Source: Firmicutes bacterium ADurb.Bin080 (lineage in GTDB: Bacteria; Bacillota; Clostridia; Christensenellales; DTU072). Taken from it: a stretch of 64,000 bases of DNA. A program made the position numbers and the translations under genes. The DNA lies in NCBI GenBank assembly GCA_002070965.1, contig MWEH01000151.1, positions 2,252 to 66,251 of the forward strand, given 5' to 3'. The notes below the pieces were generated by a model. The model was given only the letters and a program-made list of their open reading frames with translations. It was not told the origin of the DNA and made no database searches. Of this stretch, positions 18,391 through 27,158 are shown one piece after another (within the stretch, counting starts at the first letter, position 1; each line of letters begins with the position of its first letter).

Positions 18391-18480
18391 ATAGCGTCTC
18401 CTACTATTAATTATCTTCCTTATTTTATATCAACCTTCTCAAATTTTCAATACTGTATCCAACCTCGCTCCCGCTCGATA

Positions 18481-18682
18481 AACAAACAGTATTAATTATT
18501 TGATTAATTATCCATTTAACAAATAAACAGTGAAATTAATAATTCCTTCAATAATCGCTTTATATCTGATTAACGAATAAACAGAGAATTTTATAATTCT
18601 TTCAATATTCGCTTTAAATCTTATAAATGAATAAACAGTGAAATTTATACTTCTTTCAATATTCGCTCTAAATCTGAAACCG
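18481..18682. repeat. Tandem direct repeat, 54-nt unit x about 3.7, duplicating the 3' end and stop codon of the HAD hydrolase gene
   Basis: Units start at 18521, 18575 and 18629 (gaataaacag...ttcaatattcgct...), with a shortened copy at 18481-18520. The last unit contains the real stop (18645-18647) and the final 12 codons or so. Confidence 0.85.
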
Positions 18683-19304
18683 TTTCTGCTATATATTTTG
18701 GGCAATACTCAACAAGTTCTTCCTTCGTTCCATATCCAAAAAGCACACCCAAGCTATCAATTCCAACTTCATTAGCCCCAATCAGGTCGTGTTTTCTGTC
18801 TCCTATCATAAGATATTTTTTTAGATCCGACTCTCCAGCTATGGAAATAGCTTTTTTTATAACATTACTTTTTCGATGTTGTTTTTCCGACATCTCGGCT
18901 CCGCAAACTCCTTCGAAATAATTAAATAATCCGAAATGTTTTAGAATAATGTCTGCGTAAACAACTGGTTTAGAGGTCGCAACAAACATCCTTTTTCCAA
19001 TTAGCTTCATTTCCTCAAGTAAATCCTTTATTCCAGGATAAATATTATTTTCCAAAACACCCTTTTCCGAGTAATAATCTCTGTACTTATCTCGGGCAAT
19101 TAAAGCGTTTTCATAAGAAAAGCCACAAATATCCATATATCCATCTATCAGCGGAGGTCCAATAAATCCCCTGAGCTTTTTCATATCATTTTCCTCTATA
19201 CCAAAATAAGAAAGAGAATATTTAACAGCATTCGATATGCCTTCTTCTGGATCGGTCAGAGTTCCATCTAAATCAAAAAGCAAAATATCATATTTTTTTC
19301 TCAT
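18645..19304 (-). CDS. HAD-superfamily hydrolase (phosphoglycolate phosphatase / PGP-like subfamily IA)
   Basis: 219-aa ORF with the LFDLDGTLTD motif I, the S/T motif (VATSK) and a GDRKHD motif. Confidence 0.8.
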   Translation of the reverse strand: MRKKYDILLFDLDGTLTDPEEGISNAVKYSLSYFGIEENDMKKLRGFIGPPLIDGYMDICGFSYENALIARDKYRDYYSEKGVLENNIYPGIKDLLEEMKLIGKRMFVATSKPVVYADIILKHFGLFNYFEGVCGAEMSEKQHRKSNVIKKAISIAGESDLKKYLMIGDRKHDLIGANEVGIDSLGVLFGYGTKEELVEYCPKYIAETVSDLERILKEV

Positions 19305-19542
19305 CTAAAAAAATTACCCTTCTAGTATAATATTTGAATATTATCATAATTATCATAATTAGAAAACTAATTAGCCCCTTTGATACTCCGATTTACATTT
19401 AAGCAAGGTATTTCTCATCTTTGATGATTTCTTCATAAAATCCTTTAGTAACTAATCTCACATATTGACTTTTCCTTTCATTTATTTTACTTATATTCCT
19501 TCTTGTTGTATGATTTATACATTCTTTTTAAGGGAGTTTTTT

Positions 19543-20793
19543 ATGAAACAAGATCTTATTGCAATAATAGATATGGGAAGGGATGATAATTCTGCACTTG
19601 CAAGAAAAATCCGCGATTACGGGGTGTATTCCGAAGTTTATCCCCACGATTCATCATTAGAATCATTAAAGCTAAATGGGAATTTGAAAGGGATTATTCT
19701 TAACGGTACTGAAAAAGATGGAAATGAACTTAATTTATTAAAAGGTTTTTCTTCTATAGCACCCATAACCAACGCTGATAAGATTTATTCTTCATGTAAT
19801 CTCGAAGATTTCCTTTTTAAAACAGCTGTTTGCAATAAAAATTGGAATATGGAAAACTTCATTGAAGATCAAATTACATTAATAAGAAGAACAGTAGGAC
19901 AAGGAAAAGTACTACTTGCTCTTTCAGGCGGGGTGGATAGCTCTGTTGTAGCTGCATTACTCATAAAAGCAATCGGAGGAAACAATCTATTTTGTGTCCA
20001 TGTTAACCATGGCCTGTTAAGAAAAGGGGAGCCTGAACAAGTAATTGAAGTTTTTGGTAAAAACCTTAAACAAAATTTAATCTATGTTGATGCATCCGAA
20101 AGATTCCTATCAAAGCTAAAAGATGTTTCCGATCCCGAAAGAAAAAGAAAAATTATTGGAGCAGAATTCATCAGAGTATTTGAAGAAGAGGCACGCAAGC
20201 TAAATGGAATAGAGTTTCTTGGACAGGGGACAATTTACCCTGATATCGTAGAAAGTGGAACTAAAGCTGGAAAAGCCGTTAAGGCTCATCACAACGTGGG
20301 AGGACTTCCTGAAGATCTCACTTTTAAATTAATAGAACCACTAAAATATCTGTTTAAAGATGAAGTTAGAGCTTGTGGAAAAGCTTTAGGATTACCTGAC
20401 AATATGGTGTTCCGTCAACCATTCCCAGGGCCTGGACTTGGAGTTCGTTGCTTAGGCGCCATTACAAAAGAGCGGCTAGAGGCGGTTAGAGAGGCAGATG
20501 CAATACTTCGCGAAGAGTTTGAAAAGCATAATCTTTCGAGGAAAGTATGGCAGTATTTCACTTTGATTCCCGACATCAAATCCGTTGGAGTAAGAGATAA
20601 TATGCGTTCTCTTGGGTATCCCGTAATAATCCGTGCAGTAAATACGGTCGATGCTATGACCGCAACTATTGAACACATTGACTGGACAGTGCTAGATATT
20701 ATTACAAAGAGAATTATTAATGAGATTCCTTCGGTTAATCGTGTATGTTATGATCTTACCCCAAAACCAACAGGAACAATAGAATGGGAATAA
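19543..20793 (+). CDS. guaA: GMP synthase (ATP pyrophosphatase plus dimerisation domains) with a truncated, apparently inactive N-terminal glutamine amidotransferase remnant
   Basis: The start is moved to ATG 19543 (RBS AAGGGAG); the ORF-track start at 19465 is a TTG. SGGVDSSV P-loop, HHNVGGLP, a C-terminal ...PTGTIEWE. The N-terminal region is only about 115 aa and lacks the G-x-C-x-G nucleophile and the His/Glu motifs. Confidence 0.85.
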   Translation: MKQDLIAIIDMGRDDNSALARKIRDYGVYSEVYPHDSSLESLKLNGNLKGIILNGTEKDGNELNLLKGFSSIAPITNADKIYSSCNLEDFLFKTAVCNKNWNMENFIEDQITLIRRTVGQGKVLLALSGGVDSSVVAALLIKAIGGNNLFCVHVNHGLLRKGEPEQVIEVFGKNLKQNLIYVDASERFLSKLKDVSDPERKRKIIGAEFIRVFEEEARKLNGIEFLGQGTIYPDIVESGTKAGKAVKAHHNVGGLPEDLTFKLIEPLKYLFKDEVRACGKALGLPDNMVFRQPFPGPGLGVRCLGAITKERLEAVREADAILREEFEKHNLSRKVWQYFTLIPDIKSVGVRDNMRSLGYPVIIRAVNTVDAMTATIEHIDWTVLDIITKRIINEIPSVNRVCYDLTPKPTGTIEWE

Positions 20794-20814
20794 ACAATAG
20801 TACCTCAAGACATA

Positions 20815-20849
20815 ATTACTCCCCGGCCTTTGCTTGGGGAGTAATTTTT
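20815..20849 (+). terminator. Rho-independent terminator of guaA
   Basis: ATTACTCCCC-ggcctttgctt-GGGGAGTAAT followed by TTTTT. Confidence 0.8.
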
Positions 20850-20965
20850 AAATTATTAAAAGTTTCAGTTTTTAAAAGAAAAATATAATAATACAAGTAT
20901 ATTCGTGATAAATAAGGCTTTTTTTTATTACCTATTTGAAAAATAAGAATAACAAAAAATCAAAC

Positions 20966-21595
20966 TTATAATTTAATTGTTCTAGTTTGACAAGAGAACA
21001 TATCAACTAAAAGAACCTCTTCTCTCTCAAGAGCTCCAGCATTTGAAAGAAATTTCACCATTTGACAAACCTGTAATGCTGCAACTGTAGCAGGAATATA
21101 ACTGATAGTTTCTCTCGTAGGCTCAATTTTCCCCGAATAAAGTTTTGATAATGTCTTATCACCCGGTCTAACTACTGCAATTTGACCAAAATATGCATTT
21201 ATTGCCCCATGAATAACCGTAATTCCGCTTCGGATTGCTACTTGCTCAAGATATAGTCTTGCGTTCACATTATCTGTAGCATCAATAATGCAATCATATC
21301 CTTTGAGCAAGGGGAAATACTTCTCTTGGAAAAAATCTGGTATGGCTTCCGCATCTGAAATTCCAATTTTTCTTGTCTCTTCTGCAGCAACCTCGGCCTT
21401 ATTCTTTCCTAAAGTTAATTGGTTACAATAAAGTTGTCTGTTTATATTGCTTGAATCAAAAACATCTCCATCGAAAATTAGTATCTTTCCTATGCCTAAT
21501 CTAGAAATTAGGTTGACAATGTTGCCTCCTAATCCTCCGGCCCCTATCACAACGACTTTTTTGCTATGAAGCTTATCTAATAACTCGCTAAACAA
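20966..21595 (-). CDS. ThiF/MoeB/HesA-family E1-like adenylyltransferase (short form)
   Basis: 209-aa ORF with VVVIGAGGLGGN (nucleotide-binding loop) and D.D....SN.NRQ motifs. Confidence 0.8.
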   Translation of the reverse strand: MFSELLDKLHSKKVVVIGAGGLGGNIVNLISRLGIGKILIFDGDVFDSSNINRQLYCNQLTLGKNKAEVAAEETRKIGISDAEAIPDFFQEKYFPLLKGYDCIIDATDNVNARLYLEQVAIRSGITVIHGAINAYFGQIAVVRPGDKTLSKLYSGKIEPTRETISYIPATVAALQVCQMVKFLSNAGALEREEVLLVDMFSCQTRTIKL

Positions 21596-21628
21596 AAGTA
21601 ATCCTCTCTTTTTAATATTAAGGTTAAA

Positions 21629-21877
21629 TCATCCCCCAGATGCGGGACTCATAATAAGAACGTTGTCCCCATCTTTAAGCCTTGTTCGAAAGCGTCTCAA
21701 ATCCATTATATTTTTCCCATTAATGAGAATAATCGAGTCCTTAAGTTCTTTGTAAGAATAATATGAGTTATATTCACTCAGATTTTTTAAAAGATTATTA
21801 ATATCCGAAGCTTCGGTCTCCCAAGAAGACATTTTGTAGTTCAACCTATACAACCCGAAAAACTCAACCTTAATCAT
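21629..21877 (-). CDS. MoaD/ThiS-family ubiquitin-like sulfur-carrier protein (C-terminal Gly-Gly)
   Basis: 82-aa ORF ending ...SPASGG. Its start overlaps the AOR stop (ATGA-type overlap at 21874-21877). Confidence 0.7.
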   Translation of the reverse strand: MIKVEFFGLYRLNYKMSSWETEASDINNLLKNLSEYNSYYSYKELKDSIILINGKNIMDLRRFRTRLKDGDNVLIMSPASGG

Positions 21878-23874
21878 GCCTTCTTTTCCGCCTTAGGTTT
21901 TTCTTTTTTAGGTTTTGGCGGGATTACCTTTATTTCTTTTTGCTCTTCCAACTGTCTTGAATCAATCAAATCCAAATTAGTAAGGCCATAATATTTTAGA
22001 GTTTTCTCCCTAATTATTCCTTGAGAATCCCAGCCTCTTCCCTTGTAATATTTCTGTTTCAAGTAATCGAGAGGAACCTTACTTTGCGGATTTTTTTCAT
22101 CTTGAAGGGTATCAGTCAATCTTTTAGGGAGTTTATCATCCTTAGTGTCAATCCCAAGGCGAGCATTAATCATTCTTTCCAGATTAAATCCCCTTGCCCC
22201 AAGCTTCATCATTTCCCCCATGTTCATTTTTATTCCTGTAGCATACATTGTGCATGCCGGGTGCTGCAACATAGGAGTAATATTAAGTTGTAAAAGCCCA
22301 GGCCTTTTATTTATTATGCCCAGTATTGGCCCTAGATAAGGTAAAACCTTATTTACTGTCCTGGTAATAAATGAATTTGGCTTTCTAAAAAGAAATCCTG
22401 GGAAAAAAGCATAAGTTGTGAATAAACAATTACCAAAAGCAGAAGCAGCTTCCATAAGGTTCTGGAGCAATATTGCAATTTGTGCCTTACCTTTTGGTGT
22501 ATATTGATCAATTTGAAGGCCTAGTCCTTCCATTACTACTTCATAGCCAGCGTTTAAGTGACATCCTCCACGGTTTGAAACGGCATATCCAAGTCCCTGT
22601 CCGACGGCACTTCTTGGCTCATATGCAGCTAGCTCCATCCCTTTTGCTTGGATACAATAGTCTTCTCCACCAAACTGTTTCATTAGATATCTGCTACCAT
22701 TTGCCATCGCATCCCCCTCAGGTGTACTCCTGAAGGCAATTTCCTTTATTCTTTCCGAAATATTATCCGTTTTGCCAAATTCTAGCCCATTTTTCCATAG
22801 ACCATTTTCATTTAGCTCCATCGAAAAGGCAATGGTTCCTGCTGTTGAAATCGCGTCCATTCCCAGTTCATCTAACTCATAGTTCCATTTAATGATTAGT
22901 TCTAAATTGTCATTTAGAATATTTGCTCCTAGTAACCCCAAAGCCTCAACTTCAGGGCCCTTAACCTGTTTATCGCCTAACTTTACTACTCTTCCACATT
23001 GGATTGGGCAGGAGAAACACCCCTTATTTTTAACTAAATATTTTTCAGCCATCTCTTCGCCAGTAATACTTTTATATCCATCAAATTGACCAGCAGAAAA
23101 GTTTCTTGTGGCTAAGATTCTTTTTTGTTGCATTGAAGCAAGTAAAGCAGCTGTCCCCAGTTTGGGAAGTTGTTCGCCTGTCAATGGATGATCTCTTAAG
23201 TGTAAAGTCCAGCTCTTTCTAAGCTCATTAAACTTATCGGCGTTATATATAGGTTGATTAATCTTACCATCCGCTACTATCGCTTTAAGATTCTTGCTTC
23301 CAAATACAGCTCCTATTCCTCCCCTTCCTGCTGCTCTCTCTTCGCTGACAGCACAAGCATACCTAACCAGATTTTCCCCAGCGGGTCCTATAACCAACTT
23401 GCCAGATTTTCCGCCTAAAATTTGCTGGGTCTCACCTGTAAGTTTACCCTTCAGCATCTCTGCATCCTTGAACTGAACACTATTTTCTATTATTTCAATA
23501 TAAATAAGCTTTTCGCTCTTTCCGGTAATGATGAGCCCATCATATCCTGCCTTTTTTAGCCTAATTCCAAAATTCCCTCCACAATTACTGGAAGTCAATA
23601 TACCAGTCAACGGGGAAATCGTACTAATATTAAATCTTGAACTTGATGGGGCATTTGTATTGCTGAGTGGACCAGTTGTTATGACTAATATATTGTCTAT
23701 TCCTAAAGGATCTATAGGGCCAGAAATGAAGTCACTAATAATTCTTGCCGCTAGGATTTTCCCTCCGATAAAGGTCTTCCTATCAGCATCATTCAATGGG
23801 TATTCTCGATAGCTCTGGTCGGTTAGATTAAGTAATAAAACTTTCCCTGCATATGCTCCATATTTAGTAGCCAT
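21874..23874 (-). CDS. Aldehyde:ferredoxin oxidoreductase family (tungstopterin enzyme) with a Lys/Pro/Glu-rich C-terminal tail
   Basis: 666-aa ORF. It has the AOR N-terminal domain (GKVLLLNLTD...), a CxxCxxxC-type cluster motif (CFSCPIQC) and pterin-binding segments. The final 45 aa or so are low complexity (…KVIPPKPKKEKPKAEKKA). Confidence 0.85.
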   Translation of the reverse strand: MATKYGAYAGKVLLLNLTDQSYREYPLNDADRKTFIGGKILAARIISDFISGPIDPLGIDNILVITTGPLSNTNAPSSSRFNISTISPLTGILTSSNCGGNFGIRLKKAGYDGLIITGKSEKLIYIEIIENSVQFKDAEMLKGKLTGETQQILGGKSGKLVIGPAGENLVRYACAVSEERAAGRGGIGAVFGSKNLKAIVADGKINQPIYNADKFNELRKSWTLHLRDHPLTGEQLPKLGTAALLASMQQKRILATRNFSAGQFDGYKSITGEEMAEKYLVKNKGCFSCPIQCGRVVKLGDKQVKGPEVEALGLLGANILNDNLELIIKWNYELDELGMDAISTAGTIAFSMELNENGLWKNGLEFGKTDNISERIKEIAFRSTPEGDAMANGSRYLMKQFGGEDYCIQAKGMELAAYEPRSAVGQGLGYAVSNRGGCHLNAGYEVVMEGLGLQIDQYTPKGKAQIAILLQNLMEAASAFGNCLFTTYAFFPGFLFRKPNSFITRTVNKVLPYLGPILGIINKRPGLLQLNITPMLQHPACTMYATGIKMNMGEMMKLGARGFNLERMINARLGIDTKDDKLPKRLTDTLQDEKNPQSKVPLDYLKQKYYKGRGWDSQGIIREKTLKYYGLTNLDLIDSRQLEEQKEIKVIPPKPKKEKPKAEKKA

Positions 23875-23939
23875 TATTCCTCCTCAAATTAAATTCAAAT
23901 TAATTTTTGGGGGCTAAAAACCGTTGCCCACCAACTTTT

Positions 23940-23968
23940 ATTATATATTAAAGGGGGTCTTATATCAA
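23940..23968 (-). promoter_or_regulatory. Promoter TTGATA-17-TATAAT upstream of the AOR operon
   Basis: On the minus strand, TTGATA (23963-23968), 17-nt spacer, TATAAT (23940-23945). The leader of about 60 nt contains the hairpin uugGUGGG...CCCCCaa. Confidence 0.45.
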
Positions 23969-24049
23969 TATGCGAAGGGAAAACTATTTGCAAAACAATC
24001 TTTGAAAAATCATTATTCAAAAAAAACTAGTCTCCGAAGAGGAACTGTT

Positions 24050-24373
24050 TTACGAATTTAAATCTGTATTTTTCATCTCTTTCAGATTCATTTGTTTCTT
24101 AGCACGCGACTCAAGTTCTTTATCAATTTCAGATAAAGGAATATCCATTTGAGCTAACATGACCATAATGTGATAAATAAGGTCTGAAGTTTCCAGAACA
24201 ATCTCTTCTTTTTTAGCGTTTTTTGCGGCAATAATCATTTCAGAGCACTCTTCCCCGCACTTTTTCAATATTTTATCTATTCCTTTTTCAAATAGATAAC
24301 AGGTGTATGAGCCTTCGCTTTTTACATTTTTTCGTTCGTTTATTATTTTTTCAAGTTTTTCTAAAGAATCCAT
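24050..24373 (-). CDS. hisE: Phosphoribosyl-ATP pyrophosphatase
   Basis: 107-aa ORF. The MazG-like helical motifs (...SYT.YLF..G.DKI.KK.GEE..E..IA...) are typical of HisE. It is the last gene of the his cluster. Confidence 0.85.
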   Translation of the reverse strand: MDSLEKLEKIINERKNVKSEGSYTCYLFEKGIDKILKKCGEECSEMIIAAKNAKKEEIVLETSDLIYHIMVMLAQMDIPLSEIDKELESRAKKQMNLKEMKNTDLNS

Positions 24374-24384
24374 ATTTACCTCTT

Positions 24385-24699
24385 TTACAATATTTTATTA
24401 AAAAAACAGGATTTATTCCCAGTATGGCAAGCAGGTCCTGTCTGAATGACCTTAATCAATAAAGTGTCATTATCGCAGTCAGCAAAAATACTTACCACTT
24501 TTTGGATATTTCCAGAAGTCTCTCCCTTGTTCCAAAGTGCTTTTCTGCTTCTGCTGAAGAACCAGGTATACCCTGTATCAAGTGTTTTTTTAAGACTTTC
24601 TTTGTTCATATATGCCAACATTAGCACCTCATTTGTCCCGTGTTCCTGAATAATTGTTGGAATCAATTCTGATTTTTCAAATAAAAAATTATAATCCAT
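24385..24699 (-). CDS. hisI: Phosphoribosyl-AMP cyclohydrolase
   Basis: 104-aa ORF with ...IPTIIQ...VLMLAYMN..., SRSR..LW.KGETSG and C.TG..SCF motifs. Confidence 0.9.
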   Translation of the reverse strand: MDYNFLFEKSELIPTIIQEHGTNEVLMLAYMNKESLKKTLDTGYTWFFSRSRKALWNKGETSGNIQKVVSIFADCDNDTLLIKVIQTGPACHTGNKSCFFNKIL

Positions 24700-24702
24700 A
24701 TA

Positions 24703-25419
24703 TCACCTTCCCTCCGCGATCATAATAGCTTCTTTTAAAGAAAGGGTTCCCGCATATATGCTCTTACCACAGATAGCTCCAAAAATACCCTCTTGTTTCA
24801 ATAATTTAATATCTTCTATGTCCTTAACTCCACCACTGGCAATGATTTCACATGAAGCAATGTCTTTAATTCTTTTTATCCCTTCTATATTTACTCCTTG
24901 AAGAGTACCATCCTTTGAAATATCAGTGTAAGCAATGTACTTTACTCCCATTAACATCATATCTTCAATGAAGTCGATATAGTGTAATCCACTGTCAACA
25001 TTCCAACCGGAAGTCTTTACCCTATTGTCCCTGACGTCTACTCCAACAATAACGTTATCTGGATAGTTCTTAAGAAGTTCCGCAAGAAATACTTTATCTT
25101 CCACTGCCGCAGTTCCAATTACAAGTTTATCAACGCCTGCTTTTAGGCAAGTGTCAACACGATTCATGCTTCTTATTCCCCCTCCTGTATCGATTTTTAC
25201 AGGAAATTCACAAAGCCTTTTAATTATTTCGAAATTAACAGCTTGGTTCCCCCTGGCAGCATTCAAATCTACAACGTGAATATGTTTTGCCCCTTCATTC
25301 ATAAATCTTATAGCAGTTTCAAACGGATCTTTTGCGACTTCCTCGGACAAAGAATAATCTCCCTGGTACAACCTCACACATTTTCCATCGAGTAAATCGA
25401 TTGCAGGATATATTATCAT
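24703..25419 (-). CDS. hisA: ProFAR isomerase (1-(5-phosphoribosyl)-5-[(5-phosphoribosylamino)methylideneamino]imidazole-4-carboxamide isomerase)
   Basis: 238-aa ORF. MIIYPAIDLLDGKCVRLYQGDY and the late GGV/GK.IY motifs match HisA rather than HisF. Confidence 0.85.
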   Translation of the reverse strand: MIIYPAIDLLDGKCVRLYQGDYSLSEEVAKDPFETAIRFMNEGAKHIHVVDLNAARGNQAVNFEIIKRLCEFPVKIDTGGGIRSMNRVDTCLKAGVDKLVIGTAAVEDKVFLAELLKNYPDNVIVGVDVRDNRVKTSGWNVDSGLHYIDFIEDMMLMGVKYIAYTDISKDGTLQGVNIEGIKRIKDIASCEIIASGGVKDIEDIKLLKQEGIFGAICGKSIYAGTLSLKEAIMIAEGR

Positions 25420-25470
25420 TTAATCCTCCTATATAACAAAAACCTATCTCAATGTCTGAAACGAAATATA

Positions 25471-26049
25471 CTATATCATGCCTTTGGATGAAGGAATTCC
25501 GGAACTAGAAATCTTTACAGCCTCTTTCAAACATCTGGCACAAGCCTTGAATAACGCCTCAATTTTATGATGATCGTTATTCCCATTCAAACTCTTTATA
25601 TGTAATGTTATTTCTGCATTGTTGGCAAGAGCACGGAAAAACTCTGGAGTAGCATCTGTTTCGTAGTCCCCGCAGTTCTTATACAAAAAATCACCTTTAA
25701 AATCACAGAAACCCCTACCGGAAATATCTATGGCACAAAAAGCCAAGGATTCATCCATTGGTATAAAGCAATCTGAAAACCTGTTAATTCCTTTTCTATC
25801 TCCAAGGGCAACTTTTATTGCCTTACCCAATACAATTCCAATATCTTCAACGGTGTGGTGACAATCAACGCTTAAATCTCCTTTTACTTCCAAGAAAATA
25901 TCAATCCCTGAGTGGGTTGCAAAAGAGTTGACCATGTGATCGAAAAAACCTATTCCCGTTTGGCTTTTCACCCTTCCAGTTCCATCCAAATTAACTATGA
26001 TGGAAATATCTGTTTCACCTGTTTTTCGCTCAATTCTTGCTTCTCTCAT
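25471..26049 (-). CDS. hisB: Imidazoleglycerol-phosphate dehydratase (monofunctional)
   Basis: 192-aa ORF with R.T.ET.I...L.LDG, GFFDHM and HH..E motifs. Its start overlaps the hisC stop by 4 nt. Confidence 0.9.
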   Translation of the reverse strand: MREARIERKTGETDISIIVNLDGTGRVKSQTGIGFFDHMVNSFATHSGIDIFLEVKGDLSVDCHHTVEDIGIVLGKAIKVALGDRKGINRFSDCFIPMDESLAFCAIDISGRGFCDFKGDFLYKNCGDYETDATPEFFRALANNAEITLHIKSLNGNNDHHKIEALFKACARCLKEAVKISSSGIPSSKGMI

Positions 26050-27107
26050 TTCTCACCTCTATTTTTGAAAATATTATCTAAAGAAGAAAACAAAGCAGAT
26101 TGTTCCTCCTCATTTCCTGCAGAAATCCTTAAAGTATTATTATTGAAATATCTTATTGCTATTCCATCGCTTAACAACTTATCATATATCTCTTTTGCTC
26201 TTATAGTTGATACGTAAATAAAATTGCCTCCTGAAGGAAATACTTTTATTTCATCAGTATATCGCTGTAACCCAGCATAAAGATTGTCCCTCATTCTAAT
26301 AATTTTTTCTATTCTTTGTTTGTTTTCTTCTGAATGAGAAAGAAGTATAGAACCAAATTTTTGGGTTACTGAATTAATATTATAAGGAGCCTTAACTTTC
26401 TTCATTGTGGAAATTAACTCTCGATTTGATACTGCAAATCCTAATCTGATAGATGCTGCGGCAAAAGCCTTGCTCATAGTTCTTAAAACAATTACATTGG
26501 AAAAATCCTTAGCAATATTTAAAATTGATTGGTCAGAAAAATCCATGTACGCCTCATCGACAACGAACAAAATATTCGGACACTTTTGAAGTAATTTGAT
26601 TATATTATCTCTTGAAATAACCTGACCAGTTGGGTTGCATGGATTAGAAAATATTACAATCTTTGGCTTTGATTCTTCAATTGCCTGAATTAGTGCATAT
26701 ACATCAATCGGTTCATCATAAGGATTGTTAACTGAAATTACTTCTGCCCTTCGTAAATCAGAATAAAAACGATACATGGAAAAGTCTGGAGCTAACGTCA
26801 ACACTTTATCTCCGTCCTTCAAAAAAACTTGTATGATAAGATTTATTAACTCATCTGAACCGTTCCCAGCTATAACTGAATCAACATCGATGTCTTTGGA
26901 TCTTGCAAATCTGTAACACACTTCTTTTGAATATGGGTCAGGGTATCTGTTAAAGTCTATATCTTTCAAGGAAGATTCAAACTCTTTCAGAATATTATCG
27001 GGTATAGAAAAAAAAGACTCATTCGCATCTAGTCTGACTTTAAACTCCCCTTCTATTGGTTTATAGGGAATCATATCCAATAACCTTTTTTCTATTTCAT
27101 ACTTCAC
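26046..27107 (-). CDS. hisC: Histidinol-phosphate aminotransferase
   Basis: 353-aa class-II aminotransferase with LDANES, NPCNPTG and SKAF (PLP lysine) motifs, in his cluster context. Confidence 0.9.
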   Translation of the reverse strand: MKYEIEKRLLDMIPYKPIEGEFKVRLDANESFFSIPDNILKEFESSLKDIDFNRYPDPYSKEVCYRFARSKDIDVDSVIAGNGSDELINLIIQVFLKDGDKVLTLAPDFSMYRFYSDLRRAEVISVNNPYDEPIDVYALIQAIEESKPKIVIFSNPCNPTGQVISRDNIIKLLQKCPNILFVVDEAYMDFSDQSILNIAKDFSNVIVLRTMSKAFAAASIRLGFAVSNRELISTMKKVKAPYNINSVTQKFGSILLSHSEENKQRIEKIIRMRDNLYAGLQRYTDEIKVFPSGGNFIYVSTIRAKEIYDKLLSDGIAIRYFNNNTLRISAGNEEEQSALFSSLDNIFKNRGEK

Positions 27108-27158
27108 GAAACAACCTCATTGCTAATGTTTTTGTAATACTATTTTAACTGATTTCTT

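Noticed and set aside
18508-18705. 65-aa repetitive ORF (…RANIERSINFTVYS / KANIERIIKFSVYS…)
   Set aside because: It is an artefact of a 54-nt (18-codon) tandem DNA repeat read in an open frame. It overlaps the true end of the HAD hydrolase gene and has no RBS.
19305-19542. Purine riboswitch upstream of guaA
   Set aside because: No conserved purine-riboswitch junction or loop motifs, and no terminator/antiterminator pair. There is only an AT-rich spacer with a small 9-nt tandem (ataattatc x 2).
23875-23940. Moco/Wco riboswitch upstream of the AOR gene
   Set aside because: The leader is only about 60 nt and contains a single hairpin (GGUGGG/CCCCC). The conserved Moco-motif elements I recall (CCGAG, AAAGG…CUCCC arrangement, about 130 nt) are absent. 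One C5 tract lies in the promoter spacer and is not transcribed.
24010-24049. Intrinsic terminator after hisE (T8 run)
   Set aside because: The sequence preceding the U-tract forms only a 3-bp CUC/GAG stem around a UUCG loop. That is too weak to call, although termination here is functionally expected.
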